From: Candidatus Micrarchaeia archaeon
Lineage (GTDB): Archaea > Micrarchaeota > Micrarchaeia > CABMEP01
Reading direction: 5' to 3'
Assembly: GCA_038886535.1 (NCBI GenBank)
Contig: JAVZXS010000003.1
Span: 32,001-96,000 of the forward strand
Length of the DNA stretch: 64,000 nt
Shown here: in pieces, positions 29,607 to 40,058 of the stretch
Numbering within the stretch: position 1 is the first letter of the stretch
Layout: each line of letters starts with the position of its first letter
Made by a program: the position numbers and the translations under genes
The notes under the pieces: model-generated
Databases searched by the model: none
The model's input: the letters and a program-made list of their open reading frames with translations, nothing else
Told to the model about the DNA's origin: nothing

Positions 29607-32507
29607 TTAGCTGCATCCGCTTGTTGCGCCGCAATTAAGGCACTTGTAGCATGCACCATTTCTTACCATTATTGCCCCGCAGTAAGAGCAAGCTGGTGCA
29701 TCTTCTGAGTTTTGGAATGCAACCTTACTGTTTTTCTTTTCAGTTGCAATAGCAACGGCAGGAGCCGCAACCGGTTTTGTTTCAACTAACTTCTCAGCAG
29801 CTCTTGCAGCATCGCTGCTTATTGTCTGCGTTGAATTCCCAGGTGGGGAACCTATTGCACTGTTTTCAGCAGGCACCTGATTTACAGCTTCTACTGTTTC
29901 AGGAATCTCTTCCTCTTTCATATAGGAGGTTATAGGACCTTCGGCTTCAAGATTTAATCCAACCTCTATCTGCTCCTCCCTGCTTAGGAATTTCAAAGCC
30001 ATCCATCTGAATATGTAATCCATTAATGATTTAGCAAATCTTATGTTTGGATGAGAGGTGTATCCAGATGGTTCGAATCTCATGTGGACGAATTTCTTAA
30101 CCAAGGTCTTCAAAGGAACTCCATACTGGAGAGCAATTGATATGGATGTTGCAAAAGCATCCATCAATCCAGAGATGGTACTTCCTTCCTTGGACATGGT
30201 GATGAATATCTCTCCAGGTTGCCCATTTTCATACAGTCCCACAGTTATATATCCTTCATGCCCAGATATACTGAACTTATGGGTAATTGATCTCCTCTCG
30301 TCAGGAAGTTTTCTCCTGGTGGGTCGGTTTACCACCACTTCCTTCACAACTTCTTTTACAACCTCTTTAACTTCAACCTTGGCCGCCTCGATCTTATCTA
30401 CCTCCTTCACCTCTTTGGTGAGCGTGATAGGCTGGACTCCTTTTGACCCATCTCTATATATTGCAATTGCCTTGAGTCCAAGCTCCCATGAAGTCATATA
30501 TGCATTATAGATGTCTTCCACTGTTGATTCCTTAGGCATATTAACCGTTTTCGAAATAGCACCCGATATAAATGGCTGGACAGCAGCCATCATTTTGATA
30601 TGGCCAAGGTAATGAATGAATCGTTTGCCATTTGCAGGCTTGAATGCGCAATCGAATACAGGTAGATGCTCTTCCTTCAGGTGTGGTGCACCTTCTATAG
30701 TTTCTTTATCATCTATGTATTGCATTATTTCATTTATCTGTTGTTCTGTGTATCCTAATCTCTTAAGTGCGATAGGAACCGTTGAGTTTACTATCTTCAT
30801 CATTCCCCCGCCAACTAGCCATTTGTATTTAATTAATGCAATATCCGGTTCTATTCCTGTTGTATCACAATCCATCAGGAATCCTATCGTGCCTGTAGGT
30901 GCAAGGGCAGATATCTGTGCATTTCTATATCCATACATAGAACCAGATGCAAACGCATGTCTCCATGCTTCAATCGCAGCGTTCCTTAAATAGTGAGGTG
31001 CTTTATCACTTATGGATTCAGCTTGATCAAGATGCATCTTTATTACTTCTAACATTGATTCCTTGTTCATTTCGTATTTGTTGAATGACCCCATTCTCTT
31101 TGCAAGCATAGCTGATATATAATAGCCATAACCTGTCATCAACGCACTTACTGCAGCTGCATATGCTCTTCCTTCATCACTATCATATGGAAGTCCGCAT
31201 GCCATAAGCAGAGCCCCCAGATTTGCATAGCCCAAACCAAGAGGTCTAAAGTCGATAGAATTCCTTTCAATTTCAGGTGTAGGATAGGCTGCATTACCTA
31301 CTATGATTTCTTGTGCAGTTATCATTATTGCAACTGTATGCTTGAATTTTTCAGTGTCAAATCTTCCGGTTTCTGGATCAAGATATTTCAGTAGATTTAT
31401 TGATGCCAAGTTGCATGCAGAGTTGTCAAGAAACATATATTCGCTGCATGGATTGGATGCATTTATCCTACCGCTTGCCTTGCAGGTATGCCACTTGTTG
31501 ATAGTAGTATCAAATTGTATGCCCGGATCTCCACATTCCCATGTTGCTTCTGCAATCTCTTTCATTATAGTTCGTGCATCTAATTTTTCACATTCTTTTC
31601 CAGTTGTCACATATTTTGTTGAGTATTCTTTTCCTTCTTTTACTGCTTGCATGAATTCATCTGTTACTCGTACAGAATTATTAGCGTTCTGGAAAAAGAT
31701 ATTAGAATATACTTCTCCATCAAGAGAACCATCATAACCCAACTTTATTAGATCTTTTGCCTTTCTTTCCTCCTTTGCCTTGCACCAGATAAATTCTCTT
31801 ATGTCTGGATGATCTACATTTAATATAACCATCTTAGCAGCTCTTCTTGTCTTTCCTCCAGATTTTATTACTCCTGCAAATGCATCATATCCTTTCATAA
31901 ACGATACAGGGCCAGATGCCTTTCCACCACTCGACAAATGTTCTTTTGATGATCTAAGCACAGAGAGATTAACTCCAGCACCAGATCCATACTTAAACAA
32001 CATTCCTTCAGTTACTGCGAGCTGGAGGATAGATCTCATGTCGTCCTCTACAGAATTGATAAAACACGCCGACCCCTGAGGTCTCTTCTCAACCCCGAAA
32101 TTAAACCACACAGGACTGTTAAATGCTGCGTATTGATTTACAAGTATGTATGTTAATTCATCACTAAATATTTTTGCCTCATCAGCAGAAGCAAAATATC
32201 CATCCTTCTTTCCCCATTCTGTTATTGTTCTTACCACTCTGTCTACCATCTGTTTAACGCTTGTCTCTCTTTCAGGAGTGCCCAATTTTCCTCTAAAGTA
32301 TTTAGAAGCAGCGATATTGGTTGCAGATTGAGACCACGTAGCTGGAACCTCTACATCTTTTTGTTCGAATATTTTCTTTCCATTCGCATCCATGATTACT
32401 GAATCTCTTTTCTCCCACATTATCATGTCATATGGATGTACTCCTTCTTTAGTGAAAACCCTTTGTATCTTATATTCTGGAAGCTCTATATCTTTCTTTG
32501 CCATCAT
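29607..32507 (-). CDS. nrdJ: vitamin B12-dependent (class II) ribonucleotide reductase with C-terminal TSCPD-like and Zn-ribbon domains
   Basis: FNSPVWFN, SACFI, ASNPCSEY, ACNLAS, APTGTI, GAISKTVN, C-terminal CYKCLNCGATSGCS; start at 32507 or 32504 after GGGGTG RBS. Confidence 0.95.
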   Translation of the reverse strand: MMAKKDIELPEYKIQRVFTKEGVHPYDMIMWEKRDSVIMDANGKKIFEQKDVEVPATWSQSATNIAASKYFRGKLGTPERETSVKQMVDRVVRTITEWGKKDGYFASADEAKIFSDELTYILVNQYAAFNSPVWFNFGVEKRPQGSACFINSVEDDMRSILQLAVTEGMLFKYGSGAGVNLSVLRSSKEHLSSGGKASGPVSFMKGYDAFAGVIKSGGKTRRAAKMVILNVDHPDIREFIWCKAKEERKAKDLIKLGYDGSLDGEVYSNIFFQNANNSVRVTDEFMQAVKEGKEYSTKYVTTGKECEKLDARTIMKEIAEATWECGDPGIQFDTTINKWHTCKASGRINASNPCSEYMFLDNSACNLASINLLKYLDPETGRFDTEKFKHTVAIMITAQEIIVGNAAYPTPEIERNSIDFRPLGLGYANLGALLMACGLPYDSDEGRAYAAAVSALMTGYGYYISAMLAKRMGSFNKYEMNKESMLEVIKMHLDQAESISDKAPHYLRNAAIEAWRHAFASGSMYGYRNAQISALAPTGTIGFLMDCDTTGIEPDIALIKYKWLVGGGMMKIVNSTVPIALKRLGYTEQQINEIMQYIDDKETIEGAPHLKEEHLPVFDCAFKPANGKRFIHYLGHIKMMAAVQPFISGAISKTVNMPKESTVEDIYNAYMTSWELGLKAIAIYRDGSKGVQPITLTKEVKEVDKIEAAKVEVKEVVKEVVKEVVVNRPTRRKLPDERRSITHKFSISGHEGYITVGLYENGQPGEIFITMSKEGSTISGLMDAFATSISIALQYGVPLKTLVKKFVHMRFEPSGYTSHPNIRFAKSLMDYIFRWMALKFLSREEQIEVGLNLEAEGPITSYMKEEEIPETVEAVNQVPAENSAIGSPPGNSTQTISSDAARAAEKLVETKPVAAPAVAIATEKKNSKVAFQNSEDAPACSYCGAIMVRNGACYKCLNCGATSGCS

Positions 32508-32618
32508 TACACCCCATCTTTTCATTTTTAGTGATTTATACCATCTGCCCAACTATATTTCTTATAATTTAAATGTTGATTACTAGAATACCACCTTATT
32601 CAACTTTTAATTTTTTGA

Positions 32619-32634
32619 ACACATTATATAGTGG
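32619..32634 (-). promoter_or_regulatory. NrdR box 1
   Basis: Minus strand CCACTATATAATGTGT, 14/16 match to ACACTATATATTGTGT-type consensus; upstream of nrdJ. Confidence 0.75.
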
Positions 32635-32650
32635 TATTTTACTTTTTAAT

Positions 32651-32666
32651 AATCAACATTTAGTGA
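32651..32666 (-). promoter_or_regulatory. NrdR box 2
   Basis: Minus strand TCACTAAATGTTGATT, 11/16 match, offset 32 bp from box 1. Confidence 0.55.
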
Positions 32667-32946
32667 TTGAAATTTCTTACTTTTGTTTATTTATAAATCT
32701 TTGCTTTCACGTCGAAATTTACGCAATGTATCTTTTAAAAATTCTGCATTTTTTGTCCATTTATTTGTTTAAATGATAAAATAAGCAATTTAAACAAAAA
32801 AATAAGTTCATTTATATATTATAAAATTTTTTTAAACTAAGATATTTAATTATTTTATTTTGTTGCACTATTAATTCTATTTTTTAAGACGAAGTGTAAT
32901 TCTTAATGAATCCAGATCTTTAATATTCATATCTATAAATAGTAGA

Positions 32947-33405
32947 TTATTTACTTTTTCCTTTTAGAATTTTTATTTCATTAAGGACATCATCGATTGT
33001 CTTAAATTCTTTATATACCGCTGCAAATCTAATGTATGCAATGTCGTCGAGCTTTCTAAGTCTTTTTAGGACCATTTCACCGATGTGTTTACTTTCAACC
33101 TCTTCAGATTGCTTTGTTCTAAGTTCTCTTTCAATATCCTCTACAAGTTCTACGATCTTATTATAGCTTACAGGCCTTTTGCCTACGGATTTTATTATAC
33201 TATTTATTAGTTTTTGTTTATCAAATTTTTCTCTTTTTCCGTCTCTTTTTATTACAACTATTATGCTCTCTTCAGGTCTTTCATACGTTGTGAATCTTTT
33301 TTTGCATGAAGGACATTCTCTTCTTCTTCGTATCACAGTACCTTCATCCGTATCTCTAGAATCTACTACATCAGTATCTTTATATCCACAAAATGGACAT
33401 TTCAT
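32947..33405 (-). CDS. nrdR: transcriptional repressor NrdR
   Basis: MKCPFCG..VVDSR..IRRRRECPSCKKRFTTYE, ATP-cone VIKRDGKREKFD, AYIRFAAVY; alternative start 33420. Confidence 0.96.
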   Translation of the reverse strand: MKCPFCGYKDTDVVDSRDTDEGTVIRRRRECPSCKKRFTTYERPEESIIVVIKRDGKREKFDKQKLINSIIKSVGKRPVSYNKIVELVEDIERELRTKQSEEVESKHIGEMVLKRLRKLDDIAYIRFAAVYKEFKTIDDVLNEIKILKGKSK

Positions 33406-33497
33406 GTGCTTCTTTCTCATGCTAATTTTAAAAAACTTCTGAATTGCAAATTTTTACTTCTTTAAAATATGTACTTCTAACAAAAATAGATAAAAAG

Positions 33498-33511
33498 GAA
33501 ACATTTATATA
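33498..33511 (+). promoter_or_regulatory. BRE/TATA promoter GAAACATTTATATA (leaderless gene)
   Basis: Identical 14-mer at 46618-46631; both begin 35 nt before the ATG. Confidence 0.7.
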
Positions 33512-33532
33512 TGGGTTTAATGTCTAATAATT

Positions 33533-34588
33533 ATGACAAATTATAAACTTCCAAACAATAGAATAAAAATTATAGACCCAGACAAGACAGAACATCACCT
33601 AAATTTAAAACGTATACTTTCCGATGAGAATTATAAAACCGATAAAATCAAAAGAATACTGAAAAGAGCAGCGGTTGCTACTGCAATAGGGATGTCTCTT
33701 CTTTTAGTTTCCAAATCTTTAAAAGCTGAAGAAGTTTCAACTAATTTAGTTTCTGTCGACCAAGTATCTGTCTCCTCAGAATCTACCAGTAACTTTGATA
33801 GGAATTCAAGCAATCCATTAAACTCTACAGTAAATAAAATAGTGGATAAAAGCAAAGAGATTATGAATAACGCAATGAATGTCCTATCTAAAAAAGAAAC
33901 AACCACCCAAATACAGAAAGATGCACTGGATTGTAAATTAGGCGATAATTCAAAGAAATATGCTATGAATGAAATTTCCAAGTGTCTTTCATCAGAAAAA
34001 AAAGACGATGTAACTAATGCGATTACGGAATTGTTAAACAAAGACATTGTTCTTAGCAAAGAAGTAAGAAACAAGATTACTAACTTGGTTTTACATGCAG
34101 ACGAATTCGATTACAGTAGGATTATGGAAGTTATAAAGATGCATAAGATAGTCGAAGCAGTTCCATCTATAATAAAAAGATTGGAATCTGTTTCAAACGG
34201 CTCCGATCCAATGTTTAATGATTCAATTCCCGCACTTGGAGTATTCGCAGTTAAGGGGGATTGGAATGCGATTAATACTCTCATGTCAATTCTCAAGAAT
34301 AATCCAGACGAAGATGTTAAGTCTTTGGCCGCAGCTTGTTTAATACATGTAGACAAGAATGTAATGCCAGAAATTATTCAGTTTTACAATTCCATAAGCG
34401 AAGAAAAAAGAATTGATCTTATAAGAGAAATGCAGATATTTCGTGCATTTGACATCGAAATGAATGGCATTATTTATAACAAAAATGCCGTATTTTCTAG
34501 AATAGAACAACTTTTAAAATTCGAAGAAAGCAGAATTGTGGGCGAAGAGTTAAAAACTGCAAAACCTTTAATCTTTGAAAATTTCTGA
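33533..34588 (+). CDS. membrane-anchored/secreted protein with HEAT-like repeats
   Basis: Hydrophobic AAVATAIGMSLLLV, Ser-rich linker, EAVPSIIKRL and DEDVKSLAAACL HEAT-like helices. Confidence 0.6.
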   Translation: MTNYKLPNNRIKIIDPDKTEHHLNLKRILSDENYKTDKIKRILKRAAVATAIGMSLLLVSKSLKAEEVSTNLVSVDQVSVSSESTSNFDRNSSNPLNSTVNKIVDKSKEIMNNAMNVLSKKETTTQIQKDALDCKLGDNSKKYAMNEISKCLSSEKKDDVTNAITELLNKDIVLSKEVRNKITNLVLHADEFDYSRIMEVIKMHKIVEAVPSIIKRLESVSNGSDPMFNDSIPALGVFAVKGDWNAINTLMSILKNNPDEDVKSLAAACLIHVDKNVMPEIIQFYNSISEEKRIDLIREMQIFRAFDIEMNGIIYNKNAVFSRIEQLLKFEESRIVGEELKTAKPLIFENF

Positions 34589-34636
34589 AGTAAAAATAAG
34601 AAATTAAAAAAGATTTAAAGAATTAAAACTTAAAAA

Positions 34637-35653
34637 TTAGTACCAAAGATCGCCGTATCTTTTCTCTTCTTTCTTTTTAGTCTCCGCAGTTATAGCTCTT
34701 AACGCCTCTCCTTCCTTAAGGCCGGTAAAAATCGCGATTACCTCTATTCTTCCAAGATATGATTGGTCCATTCTTGCTCCATATATGACATTAGCATATG
34801 GGTCAACTTCAGATGTTATCATTTCTCCTACTGTATTTGCGTCACCCAATGTCATATCTGGTCCACCAGTTATATGGAGAAGAACTCCCTTTGCTCCTTT
34901 AGGATCCACATCTAATAATCTGTGATCAAGGGTGTTCTTTACTACCTCTTCAACCTTGCTGATTCCCTTTCCTTCTCCTACTGCAATCATAGATATTCCA
35001 CCACCAGTCATTATGGTAGTTAGATCAGCAAAGTCAAGATTAATAAGAGAAGGATTAAGAAGTGTTTCGCTTATTCCTCTTACTGCTCTTGCAGTTATTT
35101 CATCTGCAATCATAAACGTTTGCTCAATCGGTAAATTTGGAACATAATCAAGTAACTTTTGATTGTCTATTATAACAAGCGTATCACTTACTTTCTTTAG
35201 ATTTTCAATTCCTTCCTTTGCTTTTTGCAATCTTGCTCTTTCAATTCTGAAAGGATAAGTTACAATAGAAACAACTAATGCACCATTTTTCTTTGCAATA
35301 TCTGCAACTACTGGTGCAGCACCTGTACCTGTACCTCCTCCCATACCTGCTACCAGGAAAACAAGATCAAAATCAGATAATGCAGCCTCTATATCTGGTT
35401 TGCTTGCCTCTGCAGCTTTTTGTGCTATTTCTGGATATCCTCCAGCACCAAGACCTCTTGTTATAGATTGACCGATTAATATCTTCTTTGCCGGTGGTTT
35501 TATTGTATCAAGGTGTATTCTATCAGTATTTATTGCTATAAGTTCAGGTCCTTTCAATCCATAATCAATCAGCCTTTTTATGGTGTTGCAACCCCCACCA
35601 CCAACTCCAACTATTGCAATTTTCACTCCGGATGTAGAATACTCTTTTACCAT
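34637..35653 (-). CDS. ftsZ: cell division protein FtsZ
   Basis: [31 protein letters not shown]. Confidence 0.96.
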   Translation of the reverse strand: MVKEYSTSGVKIAIVGVGGGGCNTIKRLIDYGLKGPELIAINTDRIHLDTIKPPAKKILIGQSITRGLGAGGYPEIAQKAAEASKPDIEAALSDFDLVFLVAGMGGGTGTGAAPVVADIAKKNGALVVSIVTYPFRIERARLQKAKEGIENLKKVSDTLVIIDNQKLLDYVPNLPIEQTFMIADEITARAVRGISETLLNPSLINLDFADLTTIMTGGGISMIAVGEGKGISKVEEVVKNTLDHRLLDVDPKGAKGVLLHITGGPDMTLGDANTVGEMITSEVDPYANVIYGARMDQSYLGRIEVIAIFTGLKEGEALRAITAETKKKEEKRYGDLWY

Positions 35654-35821
35654 TTGATCACGCTCACACTATATTTCTGCCTCTTAGAAATATACATTTT
35701 TGAAATATATATTTTAAAATTAAAATGTATTATGTGTTATTGATTTGTTAATTTTATAAATATTCTTTTTCTTTTGTTTTACTGAATTTAATAATGTTTA
35801 AAATGATCATTATTAATTTAC

Positions 35822-36793
35822 TTATAATTTTAGTTGGTTAATTGATTCTCTTATTTCGTTTATTGGATTTAATTTATCCTTCATTTTCTTATAAATTGTC
35901 AGTTTTCTTTTATCAAACGAATTCATTATCTCAGGTAGGAATCTAAGGTATTCAGCTTCAAAAATTTTTTCTTCTATTCCATATCCGATTCCCATTTCTT
36001 CTATGAATCTGACATGGTTGCTTCTTTCTGAATAACTTTTATCATAGATTGCAATCACCGGTTTTCCATAGCTTAATGCCTCTGTAATTGTAGTATGGCC
36101 ACCATGGCATATTACTATTTTGCATGATTCATAATATGGCTTAACATTTCCAACTTCAGAGCTGTAAATTGCATTATTTCCTAAGTATTTTTTTAGCTTC
36201 TTATCTATCATCTCATTTGTAGTTATTACAAGGCAATCATTGTTGTGTTTGATTTGCTTTACATTTTCTAAAAGAGGTCCTATTATTTTGATGTTTTCAT
36301 TTTCCATTAGATTATATTTTGCAACAGTAAATGGAGGAGGAAAATCCGGAATAAGTATCTTTTCTGGATAGGATAGAATTAATTGATTTAGCTCATTTGC
36401 TATCGGTCGTTGTATTCCGTTAACACCAACAAGAGAAGAAGTATCATTTGTAATCATTATCGTTTTCTTCCCTGCAATCTTGGCAAGTATTAAACCTATC
36501 GGAGATCCGTCAACTATTACGAAATCTACCTCTTGAAATCTTTTTATTATATCTGAAGTAATGGATGGATTGAAAAATCGCATTATCTGTCGCAGGTTTG
36601 CAACTATTTTTGTCTTTCCTTTTGTTTCTATTTTGTAAGGGGAAGGAATTTCAATAAACTCTTTTTTTCTCATCTTGAGGTATTCGGCCCCCATTCCGAA
36701 TGTCATTATAGGTATGTCTAGAGATTCGGATATTATAAAATCTCTTGCAACATGTCCATATCCATTTCCTTCGCTGAAAATCATCCCTTTCAT
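35822..36793 (-). CDS. GT-B glycosyltransferase (GT28/MJ1255-like)
   Basis: EGNGYGHVAR, ICHGGHTTITEALSYGKP. Confidence 0.8.
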   Translation of the reverse strand: MKGMIFSEGNGYGHVARDFIISESLDIPIMTFGMGAEYLKMRKKEFIEIPSPYKIETKGKTKIVANLRQIMRFFNPSITSDIIKRFQEVDFVIVDGSPIGLILAKIAGKKTIMITNDTSSLVGVNGIQRPIANELNQLILSYPEKILIPDFPPPFTVAKYNLMENENIKIIGPLLENVKQIKHNNDCLVITTNEMIDKKLKKYLGNNAIYSSEVGNVKPYYESCKIVICHGGHTTITEALSYGKPVIAIYDKSYSERSNHVRFIEEMGIGYGIEEKIFEAEYLRFLPEIMNSFDKRKLTIYKKMKDKLNPINEIRESINQLKL

Positions 36794-36864
36794 AATTTAG
36801 ATATTAAGGGAAACTTTTTATTTATTCACAATAATCATTTATCAAAAATTATTTTCGTGATTTT

Positions 36865-37398
36865 GTGAGAGCATTTATTGCAGTTGAAATTCCAAACGAA
36901 ATTAAAGAGAGGCTAATTCAACTTCAGGAAGAGATTAGGAGTAGATTTAAGAAAGAGGTAAAGATGGTTGAACCCGAGAATCTCCATTTTACACTTAGGT
37001 TTTTCCCTGAGATAGATGAAAATGCAGCTGAAAAGATAAAAGGCATAATTAAAAATATAGAATTCGATGCTTTTGAAATTAAATGCAGAGGCTTAGGGGT
37101 TTTTCCAAATGAAAACTACATAAGGGTGGTTTGGGTAGGTGGGGATAGCAATGGAAAGTTAGAGGAGATAGAAAAAATGCTATCAGAAAGATTGGCAGCA
37201 ATCGGATTCAAAAAAGAAAAAGATGAAAAATTTGTAGCTCACTTAACTTTAGCGAGGGTAAAACAGAAGATAAAATTTAAAGAATTTCTTGAAAAATACA
37301 AAGAACAGGATTTTGGAAGCTTTACAATCAATAAAGATATGATAAAGTTAAAGAAAAGCCAGCTTACTCCAAAAGGACCTATTTATAGCGATCTGTAA
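36865..37398 (+). CDS. thpR: RNA 2',3'-cyclic phosphodiesterase (2H phosphoesterase)
   Basis: MRAFIAV, HFTLRF, RVVWVG, AHLTLAR, S.LTPKGPIY; GTG start. Confidence 0.92.
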   Translation: MRAFIAVEIPNEIKERLIQLQEEIRSRFKKEVKMVEPENLHFTLRFFPEIDENAAEKIKGIIKNIEFDAFEIKCRGLGVFPNENYIRVVWVGGDSNGKLEEIEKMLSERLAAIGFKKEKDEKFVAHLTLARVKQKIKFKEFLEKYKEQDFGSFTINKDMIKLKKSQLTPKGPIYSDL

Positions 37399-37504
37399 TT
37401 TTAATTTATATTTAATCCAGTACTCCCGCTATTTAATCATATTTTATAAATTTAATTAACAAATCTATCATACTTTATCTTATATTACTCCTAAAGGTGA
37501 GTGC

Positions 37505-38233
37505 ATGCCAATACAAATAGCAAAATTCATAGTGAAAGAGAAATTTAATCAGACTTCAGATGTAGTTACATTGAGATTAAGTCCTATTGAACCATTTAAT
37601 ATGGATTTCAAACCAGGTCAATTTGTAAATCTATACATACAAAGAGAAAATGAACCATTGCTTGCAAGGCCTTACTCCATAGCATCTTCTCCAACTAATA
37701 AAGAATATCTTGAGCTTACAATAAAGATAGTAGAAGGAGGGAGATTTACTCCAAGGGTGGCTTCTCTAAAGGTGGGGGATGTTGTAAAAATAGGAGGACC
37801 ATTTGGAAAATTCTTTTTCTTGGATGAGGAAAAAATGAAGGACGTTGTTTTAATTGGAGGTGGGTGTGGTATAACCCCTTTCATATCTATGATAAGATAT
37901 GTAGCAGAAAAGAATCTTCCTATAAATATAACATATTTTTATTCTGCAAGAACTATGGATTCTATATTATATAAAGATGAATTAGAGTCGATATCAAAGC
38001 TACATAAAAACATACGGGTTGTATTTACTTGCACAAGAGAACAGTCAGACAAATGGAAAGGTGAAAAAGGAAGAATTAGCTTGGAAATGATAAAGAAATA
38101 TGTAGACATAGCCGATAAAGACAAATATTTTATGCTGTGCGGCCCACCTGAAATGATCCGTTCTCTAGTGGAACAATTAAGATCAGCAGGAATAGAAGAA
38201 GAAAGAATCATCCACGAAAGCTGGAGTGCATGA
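37505..38233 (+). CDS. FAD/NAD(P)H-binding oxidoreductase (ferredoxin-NADP reductase family)
   Basis: FKPGQF, RPYSIASSP, GPFG, GGGCGITPF, LCGPPEM. Confidence 0.9.
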   Translation: MPIQIAKFIVKEKFNQTSDVVTLRLSPIEPFNMDFKPGQFVNLYIQRENEPLLARPYSIASSPTNKEYLELTIKIVEGGRFTPRVASLKVGDVVKIGGPFGKFFFLDEEKMKDVVLIGGGCGITPFISMIRYVAEKNLPINITYFYSARTMDSILYKDELESISKLHKNIRVVFTCTREQSDKWKGEKGRISLEMIKKYVDIADKDKYFMLCGPPEMIRSLVEQLRSAGIEEERIIHESWSA

Positions 38234-38252
38234 GAGAATCATAAAAGATAAA

Positions 38253-39236
38253 TTAAGTTAAAGCAGTAGTGGTTATTTCAAATCTTACTGTTTTTTCCTT
38301 ATTTTCTTCCTTTAAATCTTCTAAAAGAGAAGAGAATCCTTCAAGCGAAACATACTTTTTATCTCCTTTTTTGACAATTATCCCTTCAACTTTTGGATCT
38401 ATTACATCGCTTTTAGCTTTTATAAGCAAACCTGTTTTTTCTGTAATCTTTCCAGTCGGAGTCTCATGTATCAAGCTTCCCATAATTTTTGCAAAGCTTA
38501 TGTTCATAGTAGGTATAACTTTCACAAGTATGGCATATCCAGGCACATCTGTAATTATAACATCAGTTCTTTCATCTGGTATGTTATTCTTTGTAAACCC
38601 TGTCCTGTCCTTGACCATTGATTCAAATTTTGTTTTGATTTCTTCATAATCTTGTTTAATAGATTTTGCCATTAAGTATATTCTTGCACTTCCGCTTATA
38701 CTTGGATCGTTAGTCCTGCTGATATCCAACGCAAAGCTTGGTGTCTTTAAAACTTCTTCAGCAAAATCATTTTCGTCATATTCTATTTTCTGCGTCACTC
38801 CTTCCTTTCCTATCTTTACAGATTCAATAGTTGATTTTATCTTTTCTATCATCAAATCAAGAGATACAAAAGGAATCCCATCTATGAGGGTAAGATCCTT
38901 TATTCTTCCTATTCTTTTGTGTTCATTAATAAGATGTTTTGTATATTCAACAATGTGCTCATATGCTAGTGCATACTGAGGCCTTTTTGTAGTTGGAGCA
39001 GACAAAACATTGAATTTTATTCCATCTATCTTTATTGTTTTCTTCGTTTCCTTTTCTGGCGGATTCGTGTCGCTATATCCGCTCATTCGTTTTAAAGCTG
39101 ATTCAAATGGCTCGATTGCAAATTCTTCAAGAAGTGGAATTATTGAATGGATAGCTCTTTGATATATGCGTATGCTTTCAGAATTAATATCAACTATTGG
39201 CTTAGGCCTGTCAATAGAAATAATTAGGTTTCCCAT
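38253..39236 (-). CDS. hypothetical protein with apparent internal domain duplication
   Basis: 327-aa ORF with own BRE/TATA 36 nt upstream; DGIPFVSLD vs GDKKYVSLE. Confidence 0.65.
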   Translation of the reverse strand: MGNLIISIDRPKPIVDINSESIRIYQRAIHSIIPLLEEFAIEPFESALKRMSGYSDTNPPEKETKKTIKIDGIKFNVLSAPTTKRPQYALAYEHIVEYTKHLINEHKRIGRIKDLTLIDGIPFVSLDLMIEKIKSTIESVKIGKEGVTQKIEYDENDFAEEVLKTPSFALDISRTNDPSISGSARIYLMAKSIKQDYEEIKTKFESMVKDRTGFTKNNIPDERTDVIITDVPGYAILVKVIPTMNISFAKIMGSLIHETPTGKITEKTGLLIKAKSDVIDPKVEGIIVKKGDKKYVSLEGFSSLLEDLKEENKEKTVRFEITTTALT

Positions 39237-39322
39237 ATAAATAGTGAAACATTTCTTATTTATATTCTTTTCTATTTCCTTTATTCAATAGCTTTTAATT
39301 TCTTTTTATTTAATGTTTATTT

Positions 39323-40051
39323 ATGAGAGCGGCCATATATGCAAGAGTTTCTACTGATGACAAGGGGCAGGACGTGGAGAACCAGCTTATCCAGCTTAGA
39401 GACTACTGCAAAGCTAAGGGATATCAGATTTATAAGGAATACACGGAGTACATTACAGGAACTGGAAAGAAAAGAAGGCCTGTATTCGAAGAGATGATGG
39501 AAGATGCAAGAAAGAGAAGGTTTGATGTCTTGTTGGTATGGTCTTATGACAGATTCAGTAGAGCAGGCCTAAAAGACATTCATTACATCAATGACCTTAA
39601 TGAGTGGGGAGTGAAATTCGTTTCATATCAGGAAAGCTTTCTTGACACCACCACAGAAATGGGAGAGCTTCTTCTTCCAATTTTCGCTTGGATAGCAAAA
39701 CAGGAAGCCAAAAAGATAAGTGAAAGAACAAAGGCAGGATTGCAAAGAGCGAAAAATGAAGGCAAAAATCTAGGTAGACCTAAAGTTCAGATAAATTATG
39801 ACATAATTATGAAGTTAAGAAACGAAGGAAAGTCTCTTTCTGAGATAGCAGAGCAGCTTCAATGTTCAAAAGAGACCGTTAGAAGAAGGCTGATGGAGCT
39901 TTCAAAATTAGATAACTCTATTTCTAGTACTCAATCTTTCGAAAAAGAGAATTCAGCTTCATCAAGTGAAACTAGCAGAATAGATACAAATATTACAATG
40001 GGTTCTATCCAAGAAAATGAGATTCAGATGAAAGAAAACCAAAATTCATAA
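39323..40051 (+). CDS. serine recombinase (resolvase/invertase family) with C-terminal HTH
   Basis: YARVST catalytic Ser, Q..ENQ, DRFSR, ISERTKAGL.RAK..G..LGRP, SLSEIAEQL..SKETVRR. Confidence 0.93.
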   Translation: MRAAIYARVSTDDKGQDVENQLIQLRDYCKAKGYQIYKEYTEYITGTGKKRRPVFEEMMEDARKRRFDVLLVWSYDRFSRAGLKDIHYINDLNEWGVKFVSYQESFLDTTTEMGELLLPIFAWIAKQEAKKISERTKAGLQRAKNEGKNLGRPKVQINYDIIMKLRNEGKSLSEIAEQLQCSKETVRRRLMELSKLDNSISSTQSFEKENSASSSETSRIDTNITMGSIQENEIQMKENQNS

Positions 40052-40058
40052 CAGTAAG

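Noticed and set aside
22894..32507. Inteins in Lhr or NrdJ
   Set aside because: Lengths are normal and no intein terminal or LAGLIDADG motifs were seen
36865..37398. ThpR as the ligase for the tRNA introns
   Set aside because: Archaeal tRNA ligation is attributed to RtcB; nothing in the sequence links this gene to the tRNAs
39323..40051. IS607-type transposon or prophage integrase
   Set aside because: HTH is C-terminal rather than N-terminal, no tnpB follows, there is no large recombinase domain and no viral genes
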